Below, in pieces: positions 48,876-57,849 of a stretch of 64,000 bases of DNA (the stretch's first letter is position 1; every line of letters begins with the position of its first letter). The stretch comes from a virus. Lineage: Duplodnaviria; Caudoviricetes. Both the position numbers and the translations under genes were made by a program. The notes under the pieces were generated by a model, which made no database searches, was not told where the DNA came from, and was given only the letters and a program-made list of their open reading frames with translations. The stretch is from IMG/VR virus record IMGVR_UViG_3300045391_003317, positions 6,720 through 70,719 of that record; one strand, written 5' to 3'.

Positions 48876-49280
48876 CTAAGCCGTCAGCGCGTCCAGTTCT
48901 GCAGCTTCGCGTTCAAGGTTTGCCGCGAATTGTTCCGCGATGCGTGAGGCTCGTTTTGCTAGTTCGATCAGATCTCCACGCTCGGGGCCGCGCATAAAGC
49001 ACGAAAAATCCCCGTGCAGATACTTCTCGGATCCGACGTTGAGCTCCGGGTAGCATCGGCTCTCATTATCGCCCCATAGCCAAAACGCTGTCTCGCCGAC
49101 GTTCGACCGGAGTTTCCTGTACTCAAGAGTCCAGCCGTCGAGTACGACATACTCGCCGGGTTCGACCGACTTTTCTAGCGTCGCCAGAAACGAGCGGACG
49201 GTCTCATGCAGGCGGTCCGTGCGAGCAGTTCGTTGCGATGCCAGTGTTTCCAGTTTTTCGAGCACATTCGGAGTCGTCAT
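48876..49280 (-). CDS. Hypothetical protein
   Basis: AAGGA RBS; own promoter upstream. Confidence 0.65.
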   Translation of the reverse strand: MTTPNVLEKLETLASQRTARTDRLHETVRSFLATLEKSVEPGEYVVLDGWTLEYRKLRSNVGETAFWLWGDNESRCYPELNVGSEKYLHGDFSCFMRGPERGDLIELAKRASRIAEQFAANLEREAAELDALTA

Positions 49281-49331
49281 TTGAGGAGTCCTTGATTTCG
49301 TCGTCCGGCTCAATTGCCGTCGACAAGAGAC

Positions 49332-49359
49332 AGTATAACCCATGCGTTATAGCCCGCAA
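49332..49359 (-). promoter_or_regulatory. Sigma70-like promoter containing an inverted-repeat operator
   Basis: Minus strand TTGCGG-16-TATACT; TATAAC-N6-GTTATA at 49334-49351; AT-rich upstream. Confidence 0.55.
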
Positions 49360-49410
49360 CAATTATTTTGCCTCTCCCCGTCCTTTTCCCCGCCCCCGGC
49401 TTTCCGGGCT

Positions 49411-49626
49411 TCACCGGTCGCGAAGGGCGAGGAGGCGTCCGTGGGCTATCGCCACACCCTCGGCATGGTCCAAAGCGTCGGCATCGCGCAGCTCCACGAA
49501 CAGCTTCCAGAGAGCGTCGCACGCCTCGTCGATCGTCTCGCGGCGGACACGCTTCTCGGTCTCGTCCAGTTGCCTGGTAATGGCGCGCATCGTTTGGCGG
49601 ACCGTTTCCGTAAAGTCGTCACCCAT
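49411..49626 (-). CDS. Hypothetical protein
   Basis: Coupled early-left ORF. Confidence 0.45.
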   Translation of the reverse strand: MGDDFTETVRQTMRAITRQLDETEKRVRRETIDEACDALWKLFVELRDADALDHAEGVAIAHGRLLALRDR

Positions 49627-49795
49627 GCTCGCTGCCATCCTTCCCGGCCGCATTGCAGGCGCGGCGCCTGGACGTCCGTTTTTCCGCTAACACATTTACC
49701 CAATAGATCATGCACGCAGCGAAGACATTTGCCGCAACACATGCGATAAAGATCGCCGTTGCGAAGCCGCACCAAATTAACCAGCGTCCGAGCAT
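49619..49795 (-). CDS. Small membrane protein
   Basis: Hydrophobic N-terminus; overlap with the upstream stop. Confidence 0.45.
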   Translation of the reverse strand: MLGRWLIWCGFATAIFIACVAANVFAACMIYWVNVLAEKRTSRRRACNAAGKDGSEHG

Positions 49796-50139
49796 CACTT
49801 CCACTTCTCGATCGCCGCGCGAGCACGGCGGAGTGCCTTTTCGATGTGGCCCAGCGCATCGGACATGACGCCAGGCTCACCGCGTTCGATTCTAGCTAGG
49901 TCGATGCCGGTTAGCTCTATGTCGTCGCAGAGTAGTTGCAGCGCCGCCTCCAGCTCCCTCGCCCGACGCCATTCGGCGCAGAGCTCTGGTCCGGCAGCGG
50001 TGACGGCTTTCACGTAACGTTGCTCGGTCGCGCTCATGTGGACGAGTTCGTCGCCCTCACCGCCACCGTCGTCGCCCTGGTCGTCCTGCACGGCGTCACA
50101 TAGGCGCTGTAGTTCGGTCACGTCTTCTTTGCTTAGCAT
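49795..50139 (-). CDS. Hypothetical protein
   Basis: Coupled early-left ORF. Confidence 0.5.
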   Translation of the reverse strand: MLSKEDVTELQRLCDAVQDDQGDDGGGEGDELVHMSATEQRYVKAVTAAGPELCAEWRRARELEAALQLLCDDIELTGIDLARIERGEPGVMSDALGHIEKALRRARAAIEKWK

Positions 50140-50402
50140 CCGCGCTCGCGTTTGAGTTGCTTTTTGGCTTGGTCGAGCCATTGCTCGTCACGTTCGGCGC
50201 GCGTTGCCGCCGCAACTCTCTCGGCTCGCTCTACGCTTCCGCGCAGTTCGTCCCCGCGACGGACGCCTCTGCGATAGGCAGCGACGAGAGCCTCCGCGAT
50301 TCGTTCGACGTCCACATCGTCACTCGTAGCGCGCGGGTTCCAATACAAAGCCATATTGCACGCTTCTTCGAGAGCCCAAGCCGATAAATCGTCAGTCGTC
50401 AT
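50133..50402 (-). CDS. Hypothetical protein
   Basis: ATGA overlap. Confidence 0.5.
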   Translation of the reverse strand: MTTDDLSAWALEEACNMALYWNPRATSDDVDVERIAEALVAAYRRGVRRGDELRGSVERAERVAAATRAERDEQWLDQAKKQLKRERGC

Positions 50403-50707
50403 CTTCCCTGTCCCTTCCGAATCGCGGCGGCGCATGCCTTCGCCCCGTCAGCGATGTTGCCAAAATCTTTGGCCATGCCGTTTTCGTGTCGAGATTTCCG
50501 GTATTCAGCGCCATCGCGCCAGTTCTGGGCTATCTGGTCACACACCGTCGCGCACCGTTCCACAGCCGCAGCTTCGCGGGAGGCGATGAGCTCGATGATT
50601 TGTTGGATGGCGTTTTCTCGGACAGCGGACGGGACGGCTCGCAGCGCAATGCCGAGGCCCTTTCCGGGCGCAAGTAAGCGCTCCCGCAACTCGTCGCGCA
50701 GGGTCAT
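50399..50707 (-). CDS. Hypothetical protein
   Basis: ATGA overlap; REAAAVERCATVCD phage-type motif. Confidence 0.55.
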   Translation of the reverse strand: MTLRDELRERLLAPGKGLGIALRAVPSAVRENAIQQIIELIASREAAAVERCATVCDQIAQNWRDGAEYRKSRHENGMAKDFGNIADGAKACAAAIRKGQGR

Positions 50708-50886
50708 GGGGTCTCCGGGATGTATTTCTTGACGCGGTACGTTTCCTTGCGGCAGTCTTCTTTCGCGCGCTTTTGCCAGTCGCGCTTTATGCCGTGCGCT
50801 ATACGAAAGTCGAAGTGGCCGTCGATAGCGAACCACCCTTGCGAGTGACCAAATTCGATCACGTAATATCGTTGCGGCTTAGCCAT
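50704..50886 (-). CDS. Small hypothetical protein
   Basis: GGAGG-like RBS, basic aromatic 60 aa. Confidence 0.5.
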   Translation of the reverse strand: MAKPQRYYVIEFGHSQGWFAIDGHFDFRIAHGIKRDWQKRAKEDCRKETYRVKKYIPETP

Positions 50887-50921
50887 TCCGCCTTCCCTTC
50901 TTCGGTTTCGGCTTGCGCGTT

Positions 50922-52070
50922 TCACTTCGTAGCCCCATCACTCTGCGCGTCCCGGTAAGCACGGACGGCGTCGACAAGTGTGAACCATCCGGACTTGTAT
51001 CTGTTGTCGGCAACGTATGCGCACGCCGCCTCGACGACCGCTCGCTCGAGCCTGTTCACAACCTTGTGGCTCTCCTTCTCGTGTCCCATGCGGATGTTTT
51101 CCGCACGCATTCCGGCGAGCTCGGCATTTTTGAGCACGATGGATCGATTCATGGCGCGCAGCGCGCGGCGCTGACGGGAGCACTTTTCGCGAGCAGCATC
51201 GAGGAATCGGGCGTCGGGATACACGGTCTGTCCTGATTCGCGCAGTCGTTTGCAGCCTTGTCGCGCCTCGTCCCTTTCTCGAGTCAACTCCGCTATCCGG
51301 TCGCGTGCCTCGATGAGGTCGATCTCCGTATTGCCGCGTTCGCTGTTGGCCTCGTTACGCTCAAACTTGCAGCGCTCGATCGTTTGCCGGCATTCCTCGA
51401 GCTCGCGTTGCGCGGCGTCGTTGGTTGCGTTACTGCCTAGCTTATTCTCGCGGCTGATAAGCCGACGATACCCGGACTGCTTGCGCAAGATGGCCAGCTC
51501 CGCCGATAGCTCCAACACTTTCCGCGTAGAGCTAGCCTGCATTGATCGCAATTCTTCCAGCTCCGCCCTGTGCCTCTCCTCGATTTGCTCGCGTTCGCGT
51601 TCGAGCTTCGAGTATTCACCGATCGCCTCCAGGTGCGCCTCTTGAGCTTGTTTGAATTTGGCTTCCGCAGTCTCGGCGCGCTCGCGGAGCTCTTTCGCCT
51701 TGCCGATGATGTCGTCGCCAAGCTCGGCCCCGAGGATCTCTCGAATCTTGGCGTAAATCGGGTCCATTTCGGACGCCCGAGCTATTTTCTGGTGTTCCAG
51801 CTGCGACTCCAGCGAGTCGACGCGCTCCTTCATCTCATCCCTCTCCCGCCGTATCTCTGCACATGCTTTGGCGTCGCAGTGGACGAGATCGCCAAGGACG
51901 GTGCGGCGTTGCTCGTCAGGGAGAGCCGCGATGATGGCGGGCAGGTGTTCGACGGTGAGGGGCCTCACCCGAACTGCGACTACGACGTCGCTGGGCGGGA
52001 TCGTGTCCGTCAGCGTCGGGTACCATCTGCGCGGGGGTAGCGGCTCTTCGATTGGCGGTAGCGCAGTCAT
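50922..52070 (-). CDS. Long coiled-coil protein
   Basis: Heptad-rich, 382 aa. Confidence 0.7.
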   Translation of the reverse strand: MTALPPIEEPLPPRRWYPTLTDTIPPSDVVVAVRVRPLTVEHLPAIIAALPDEQRRTVLGDLVHCDAKACAEIRRERDEMKERVDSLESQLEHQKIARASEMDPIYAKIREILGAELGDDIIGKAKELRERAETAEAKFKQAQEAHLEAIGEYSKLEREREQIEERHRAELEELRSMQASSTRKVLELSAELAILRKQSGYRRLISRENKLGSNATNDAAQRELEECRQTIERCKFERNEANSERGNTEIDLIEARDRIAELTRERDEARQGCKRLRESGQTVYPDARFLDAAREKCSRQRRALRAMNRSIVLKNAELAGMRAENIRMGHEKESHKVVNRLERAVVEAACAYVADNRYKSGWFTLVDAVRAYRDAQSDGATK

Positions 52071-52164
52071 CGCTTCTCATCCTCCGTCTCAAAACAGCTA
52101 TCGACCTCAACCTTCGGATCGCTCGGCGCGAACAGGGCGGAAGGCCAGGTGAGGAAGCGGTGGA

Positions 52165-52587
52165 TCATTTGCGAGAGCTCCCGACTTTGCGCCCCTTGTC
52201 ATCACGCTCGATTTCGATGCGCTCGCCTGGACGGACCGCCGGCACCTCTTCGAGCAACCGCGGCGAGAGCTGGGGGTCGCTCTCGATGACATGTGTCTGC
52301 CCGTTTGGACCGGCGAGATCTGGCAGAGGATCGCTGTCCGTCTCTGCGATCACCATCTCCGCATCCACCATCGCATCCGCCGCCGCTTTCGCCTTGGCTC
52401 GCGCGGCGTCGGTCGGCAACGACTCGAGCAGCTTTGCGACTCGGCGTTCGGCGGATTGGTAGTGTTTTTGCCTCGCCTCGCTTGCGGCGCGTTCGGCGTC
52501 GGCGGAGGCGTTGAGGCGGATGGTCGATATCTTTTCGGCGATTGCGCCGATCGAGGGGGTGCGTTTCTTTTCGGTTGGGTCGGTCAT
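52165..52587 (-). CDS. Hypothetical protein
   Basis: GAGG RBS; 140 aa. Confidence 0.6.
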   Translation of the reverse strand: MTDPTEKKRTPSIGAIAEKISTIRLNASADAERAASEARQKHYQSAERRVAKLLESLPTDAARAKAKAAADAMVDAEMVIAETDSDPLPDLAGPNGQTHVIESDPQLSPRLLEEVPAVRPGERIEIERDDKGRKVGSSRK

Positions 52588-52595
52588 GGGTCACC

Positions 52596-53078
52596 TCAGA
52601 ACGGAATGTCGGAGTCGTCCAAATCAGCGCCACCGAATGTGCCCGCCGTAGGCTCCGGCTCAGGTTCGCGCGCGCCTGAACGCTTCGACTCGTAGACCAT
52701 TGGTCTCGCACTCGGAGCCGGCGCTGTGATCGGCTGGTCGTTGCGCTCGCCGCTCCAACACACATCCGGCAAGCATTCTCGCCACTTAATCCAGCGCTCT
52801 AGGTTGGCCGCTTTCTTCTGATCCTTAGCTGCGTATTGACTGCCGGACGCGGCGCTCTCTGATGCTTTCTTGTGCCAAAAGCGGAGCCCGCTAAGGTCAG
52901 TCTCGCTCGCCCACTGGACTCCGTCGCGGCGATAGATCGCCATGTCAAACTTGGGCGCTAGCGGCACTTTGACTTCAGCATGAGCAGCGATGCGTTTGGT
53001 CGTTTCGGCGTCGAGACAGTCGACGATCACGCGCAGCGCCATTGCTGGCGACAGCGCGAGTAATTGGTCCTTGGTCAC
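52596..53078 (-). CDS. Protein with SSB-type acidic C-terminal tip, no recognisable OB fold
   Basis: Ends GGADLDDSDIPF; directly after recT. Confidence 0.65.
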   Translation of the reverse strand: MTKDQLLALSPAMALRVIVDCLDAETTKRIAAHAEVKVPLAPKFDMAIYRRDGVQWASETDLSGLRFWHKKASESAASGSQYAAKDQKKAANLERWIKWRECLPDVCWSGERNDQPITAPAPSARPMVYESKRSGAREPEPEPTAGTFGGADLDDSDIPF

Positions 53079-53881
53079 GACGGGTTCGATGCCTCCGGCG
53101 TTGGCTCGCCTTCAGTTTCGATACCTTCCTTTTGCAAAGCCTCGGTGACACTCGGGTCCCAGGCTTCGAGCTGCCGCGCGCCGGTCTCCGTCGCCTCGTC
53201 GATTGCCGCCGCGAGCATCATCTCGCTGGACTGCGGAATCCACGTGAACAGGCGGCGAACAGCGGTCTTCAGCGCCATCGCCGTGTAATCCGTCACCCAA
53301 GGACCGGACGTAGCCGCACGCGAACGCGCCCGGTACTTTTCGATCTGCGCCTTCGTCAGAACGATGAAAACAGGATCGGAATCCTTGAGCTTCGCCACGG
53401 CGTAGACGTGCGTGATTGGCTTGTCTTCGCGATCTGGTGAATCCGCCGGCTCGTGTTCAAGATTCGGCGTCAGTCCCAACTTGTAGGCGAATCGGTCGCC
53501 TTCTCTTACTTCGTGCGCGTAGATGCTGGTCACCATGCCGCTGCGGCGAGCAAGGTTCAGCATGCCGCGATAGGACACGATCAGCGTGCACTCTTGTCGG
53601 TACGGAATCAGGTATGCCTGCGCAAGCGGGCCGCCGATCTCGAGCCCGAGTTGAGCCGCGCTGAGCACGCATCCGAGAAAGCTCCCGGGGGTGCACTTCA
53701 TCAAGTCCGGGTTCACGCGCAACGCGGTCATCGCGATCCGCAGCATGCGGTCTGGGTTGACGTGCTTCGGAACGGCGCGTGCAATCTCGGGTCCCATGCG
53801 CTGCAATAGCGCCGTCATGTCGTTTTTGGTCTGGTTTTTGGGCACAATCTGCCCGTTCTCTTTTGTTGTCGGAGTAGCCAT
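53075..53881 (-). CDS. recT: RecT single-strand annealing protein
   Basis: SFLGCVLSAAQLGLE..QAYLIPY..SYRGMLNLARRSG..MALKTAVRRLF. Confidence 0.95.
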   Translation of the reverse strand: MATPTTKENGQIVPKNQTKNDMTALLQRMGPEIARAVPKHVNPDRMLRIAMTALRVNPDLMKCTPGSFLGCVLSAAQLGLEIGGPLAQAYLIPYRQECTLIVSYRGMLNLARRSGMVTSIYAHEVREGDRFAYKLGLTPNLEHEPADSPDREDKPITHVYAVAKLKDSDPVFIVLTKAQIEKYRARSRAATSGPWVTDYTAMALKTAVRRLFTWIPQSSEMMLAAAIDEATETGARQLEAWDPSVTEALQKEGIETEGEPTPEASNPS

Positions 53882-53886
53882 TTCGT

Positions 53887-54801
53887 TCACTTTCCTTTTG
53901 GTATCGTAACTCGCAGGACACGGTTCTTGGTCTCCGTGACCTGGTAGGCTTTGCGTACTTGCGTTTTCCAGCTCACGATCCGCCCATCGGGCAGCGCCCC
54001 TCGTTCCGCCGGTCCTAATGCCATCTTGAGATCGTTCTCCGCACGGACCTTGCGGAGATAAAGCGCCTTCTCCTCCAGTTTGATCGTTTCGAGCTCGTCG
54101 GCGGCATCAAGTAATACGCCTGGCAACACGATCGTTTCCCCGTCGTCATCAGGAAACATCGCGTGAATCGCGCGGCGACTTCCGTCAGATCCATCAGGAG
54201 ACGGCGGCTCGCGGCGTTGCACACGCGCCCAAAATTCCTCGCCGTGGTACACGAGCTTACGGACGAGCGTCTCGTCTCGTTCGACGTCGCACCACACGAG
54301 CTTCTGTCCACCTATAAGCGCCACGCCGGTCGCGCGCGGCTTGTTCGTGACGAGCATTTGCCACATCATCTGGATCCGGTAATGCTCCGGCGGACCGTCG
54401 ACCCATTCGCCTCCCTTCGCGAGACCGACCGCCTTCGCCTCGAGTGGCCAATACGGTCCGAGTTCCTCGGTAGCTGTCCAAGCGTCGAGCGTACACAGCG
54501 CCCACGGGTAGCGCGTCGAACGGAGCAGCTTTCCGCCGGCATCGACGAATCTCCCCGTTCGATCGCGATAGGCATCGATGATAACTGCTTCGAGGCGCTT
54601 ACCCCATTGGACCGCCTCATTATCGGAAAGGTCGTCCGGTTCCACGGCGGCGATCTTCTCGGCATAGAGCTGCAGCTGTGACTTCCACGGGTTCGCGCCA
54701 AGCAAGGTCGCGGCTTCGCTAGCCCCGACGCCCAGCTTCCGCAGCTCGAGCCAGTTTGCTTCGTCGCGTGCATCCGCGATGACCTCAAATGCGTCGCTCA
54801 T
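53887..54801 (-). CDS. yqaJ: YqaJ-like viral recombinase exonuclease
   Basis: RKLGVGASEAA..LG.NPWKS, WGKRLE, TLDA, LEAK, Y.IQ..WQM. Confidence 0.93.
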   Translation of the reverse strand: MSDAFEVIADARDEANWLELRKLGVGASEAATLLGANPWKSQLQLYAEKIAAVEPDDLSDNEAVQWGKRLEAVIIDAYRDRTGRFVDAGGKLLRSTRYPWALCTLDAWTATEELGPYWPLEAKAVGLAKGGEWVDGPPEHYRIQMMWQMLVTNKPRATGVALIGGQKLVWCDVERDETLVRKLVYHGEEFWARVQRREPPSPDGSDGSRRAIHAMFPDDDGETIVLPGVLLDAADELETIKLEEKALYLRKVRAENDLKMALGPAERGALPDGRIVSWKTQVRKAYQVTETKNRVLRVTIPKGK

Positions 54802-54989
54802 CCCTTCACTTCCTCCACTTCAACTTGAGCATGCTTTTGCATCTCGTCGAGCAACGCCTGCGCTTTCCGCACGCGCGCATCGAGGTACATCTTACGCACC
54901 GTGCTTAACGGACCTGCCTTCATGTCTCGCTCGAGATCGGTCAATTCAGATCGGAGTGCGGCGATCAAGAATGTCAACGGATAAGTCAT
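54798..54989 (-). CDS. Small hypothetical protein
   Basis: GGAGG RBS; ATGA overlap. Confidence 0.5.
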   Translation of the reverse strand: MTYPLTFLIAALRSELTDLERDMKAGPLSTVRKMYLDARVRKAQALLDEMQKHAQVEVEEVKG

Positions 54990-55161
54990 CCGTGCCCTCC
55001 GCCCATCCGAGAAGGATCGGCGTATCCAAGCGCGATGCATTCGGACGCAGTCTTGAGCATCGATTTCGGAACTCGCATTTCGAAATGGAGATAGATTTGC
55101 ATGCGAAAGAACCGCTGCCTGAGCCAAATCTCCAAATCGTGGGCGATCAATGGATGCGCTT

Positions 55162-55326
55162 TCATTCTTGCGTTCTCCTCCCAGCCATAACCCTCAACAC
55201 CGCCTGCATCGCCCCAGACAGCAGCGACATCGCGTCAACAAGCGCGTCGTAATCCGCGCACTCGTCGGCGAGGATTTCGTCGGCTTTGCGGAGCATTTCG
55301 CGGGCGAGTTTTTGGTCGGTATTCAT
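55162..55326 (-). CDS. Small hypothetical protein
   Basis: GAGGAG RBS. Confidence 0.5.
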   Translation of the reverse strand: MNTDQKLAREMLRKADEILADECADYDALVDAMSLLSGAMQAVLRVMAGRRTQE

Positions 55327-55489
55327 AAGCTCCTCACTCTCTCCGCCCATCTGCGTTTCGGCGCTTTCGCCGGCCGGAACACTCCGAGCTGTGCTTCGAG
55401 TGCGCGGATTGTTGGCTCGAGACGCATGCGCATTAGCGGGCTGGTCGCGGATAAGCGGAGCAAGGCTTCGAGACGGGCGCGGAGACTGA

Positions 55490-55711
55490 CTAGCGATTGC
55501 ACGACACATGTCCCCTCTCGCCGCATCGTCCACACACAACGTTTCGCGCAGCGGCTTCTCTTGCTCGCTGCTCCGGTGACCGAATCCGCGCGTCGATGCC
55601 GTCGGAGCGATCAAGCTGTGCGCGCAAGACGGCGGCTTCGAACGTGTCGTGCTCGCTGACGATGTCCCATGAGCACGATTCGAGATCGAAATGCTGAACG
55701 GCGTATTTCAT
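55490..55711 (-). CDS. Small protein with C-terminal zinc knuckle
   Basis: CGRCGERGHVSC. Confidence 0.55.
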   Translation of the reverse strand: MKYAVQHFDLESCSWDIVSEHDTFEAAVLRAQLDRSDGIDARIRSPEQRAREAAARNVVCGRCGERGHVSCNR

Positions 55712-55926
55712 CGGGTCGGTTCCTCGAAACGGACAGCGGCGACCTGCGATGCCAAGTCATCCTTTCCGCGTTTGCGAAGCACTTCGATCGCGCGGCAAAG
55801 AGCATCGTCATCGGCGCGCCGTTGCTCTTGTGCGAAACGCGCTCGGCGTTCCTGCATCCACGCGGGCCAGTCAGGCTCGACTGCGTGATGGTGTCTCTTG
55901 TCGCCAGGGACTAACGGATGGGCCAT
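55708..55926 (-). CDS. Small hypothetical protein
   Basis: TAATG overlap. Confidence 0.5.
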   Translation of the reverse strand: MAHPLVPGDKRHHHAVEPDWPAWMQERRARFAQEQRRADDDALCRAIEVLRKRGKDDLASQVAAVRFEEPTR

Positions 55927-56204
55927 TATCCGGCCTTCTTTCGGAGCTTCTTCGCGGTGCACGTGATCGTGTATTCCATCTCGTCGGTGCGGATCGTTCG
56001 CGTGCCGTTCTCGTCGTCCTGGTCCTCGTTCTCGAACGTGATCCACGCAAGCATTGCGCCGATGAACGACTGCGTTACGTCGCGCTTGTTGCCAACGAAT
56101 ATGCGTTGACCGTTTGGATACGTACGGACGTTGCCTGCGTACACGAGCCCGCTAAGCGGACCGACGCCGATCATGAACTCGGTTTGAGTGCGTTTTGTCG
56201 TCAT
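55926..56204 (-). CDS. Hypothetical protein
   Basis: VGPLSGLVYAG..GNKRDVTQSFIGAM. Confidence 0.6.
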   Translation of the reverse strand: MTTKRTQTEFMIGVGPLSGLVYAGNVRTYPNGQRIFVGNKRDVTQSFIGAMLAWITFENEDQDDENGTRTIRTDEMEYTITCTAKKLRKKAG

Positions 56205-56208
56205 TGCT

Positions 56209-56403
56209 CTACGCAGCCTCCGTGCCTAAAAAATCTTCGAACGCATCGGCTTCGAACGGGAACAACGGCAGATACATCGAGCCGCCACACGGACAAGTTC
56301 GCTGGTCGTATGTGTCGCCGATGCCGTGCTGAACGCCGTCACATGGGAGCAATTGCCAGGATTCCCAATCGTAAAATTTATGACATTTCGTGCATGTTTT
56401 CAT
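56209..56403 (-). CDS. Small Cys-rich protein
   Basis: MKTCTKC...RTCPCG; ATGA overlap with the HNH gene. Confidence 0.55.
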   Translation of the reverse strand: MKTCTKCHKFYDWESWQLLPCDGVQHGIGDTYDQRTCPCGGSMYLPLFPFEADAFEDFLGTEAA

Positions 56404-57050
56404 CGCGAGATCTTTCGTACCGGTGTCCCAAGGGCCCGATCTTGTGACCACCCGCGCCTGAGTCGATAAAGTACAGTATTCGGATTGATGCCGATCTCAC
56501 GACACCAGTCGATAAGCGCTAGCGTGCGACCGTTGCGCGTCACGTAGAGAACGTTTCGTCTATTTTTGGCTTGCTCTATCGGCGTCGCCCAGCGAACATT
56601 CCCAGGTTCGTAATTACCTTCATTATTAATGCGGTCGAGAGAATGAATCGGTGACGGGCGCCGGCCCATTTCAGCAAGAAAGTTCTCGAAGACATACCAA
56701 TGTCGGCTTACCGAGATCCCGCGTGCGCCATAATACTTGTAACTTGGGCTATTATGGTTACGGCATCGGTCAAGCATCCCACTCCATGCTCTAAATTCTG
56801 GAGTGGTCTTTCTGTGTAGAGTCTCTCCGTGTAAAAGCGCGCCCCTGGTCTTGCGGCATACGCCACAGAACCTCTGACCATGGTGCAGATGGCTAGGACG
56901 TACATGGCGGATGGCGCCGCACTCGCAGCGACACTCGAAGAGGTGCCCGCGATCGGACCGTCTAGCAATGCCTACTACCGTCAGGCAGCCAAAGCGTTCA
57001 CCAATCTGGATGCTGTTTTTCACGGCGCCGCATTTGGTGCAGGTTTTCAT
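56400..57050 (-). CDS. HNH homing endonuclease-like protein
   Basis: FECRCECG, HGET, YGARGISV..W..FENFLAEMG.RP..SLDRINNEGNYEPGNVRWAT. Confidence 0.9.
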   Translation of the reverse strand: MKTCTKCGAVKNSIQIGERFGCLTVVGIARRSDRGHLFECRCECGAIRHVRPSHLHHGQRFCGVCRKTRGALLHGETLHRKTTPEFRAWSGMLDRCRNHNSPSYKYYGARGISVSRHWYVFENFLAEMGRRPSPIHSLDRINNEGNYEPGNVRWATPIEQAKNRRNVLYVTRNGRTLALIDWCREIGINPNTVLYRLRRGWSQDRALGTPVRKISR

Positions 57051-57304
57051 CGCCCCACCATCGAGACCGCATGCGCGACCACATCCGCCATCCTCGACGA
57101 GAGCTCACGGTCCGCCGCGGTGAGCTCGTAGAGGCAGAGGGTCGAGGCGCATGGCGAACAGTAGCCTCTGAACGACTCTTCGACTGGAAACGCTTCGCCA
57201 CAATTTCTGCACTTCGCCGAGCATTCGCAGAGCTCAGCCGTGACCCATTCGGGATGGTTGTAGCGGTAGCCGTTGAGGCAGTGGCGGCAGCCTTGATGTG
57301 CCAT
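57047..57304 (-). CDS. Small Cys-rich protein
   Basis: CRHC, CEC, CRNC, CSPC. Confidence 0.55.
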   Translation of the reverse strand: MAHQGCRHCLNGYRYNHPEWVTAELCECSAKCRNCGEAFPVEESFRGYCSPCASTLCLYELTAADRELSSRMADVVAHAVSMVGR

Positions 57305-57492
57305 CAGACGTCCTCCGCCCAGCGGCTGCACTCTTCCGCCATGCTCGCGGCGTGTGCCGCTTGCTCAGACCAGCACTGCGCGGCTTCGCGTGACTCTGGG
57401 TCCGTCGGGTCGAGCCGGTCGATCTTGTTCCAGAGCGCCTGCGCTTGCGCTTGGTACGAGTGCGCGCGGGCAAGGAGACGAGAGCGGTTCAT
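57304..57492 (-). CDS. Small hypothetical protein
   Basis: GGAGG RBS. Confidence 0.5.
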   Translation of the reverse strand: MNRSRLLARAHSYQAQAQALWNKIDRLDPTDPESREAAQCWSEQAAHAASMAEECSRWAEDV

Positions 57493-57779
57493 GCTGCCTC
57501 CGACGTCACATTACGGACCGCCTCGAACACGGTGCGCCCGGTGGCGCGGCCAGGCTGTTTCCAGCTCTTCGCCGAATGCACGGCGCCCGTGGTGGCTTCG
57601 ACGAAACACACGACCGAGCGCGAGCCGCAGCCGTTGTCGACGTACACGCGGAGCCAGGTGCGGCCGACGGTGACGCCGTGGGTCTTGGACGTGGTGATGG
57701 TCAGGACGCGGGCGTAGAGGAGAGCGGCGTCGAGGACGGGCTGCGTCGGCGAGGGGGTGGGGAGGGTGTCGAGCTGCAT
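57489..57779 (-). CDS. First early-left gene, hypothetical
   Basis: FVEATTGAVHSAKSWKQP motif; leaderless start. Confidence 0.65.
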   Translation of the reverse strand: MQLDTLPTPSPTQPVLDAALLYARVLTITTSKTHGVTVGRTWLRVYVDNGCGSRSVVCFVEATTGAVHSAKSWKQPGRATGRTVFEAVRNVTSEAA

Positions 57780-57785
57780 GACGGT

Positions 57786-57836
57786 AGATTAAGCTTGCTT
57801 ACGCTTAAGCGCAACATAAAAACGCAAGCGTGCTTA
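57786..57836 (-). promoter_or_regulatory. PL-like promoter with two operators
   Basis: Minus strand TTGCGC-17-TAATCT; TAAGCTTGCTTA 57790-57801, CAAGCGTGCTTA 57825-57836. Confidence 0.7.
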
Positions 57837-57849
57837 CTTTTTCTGTAAG

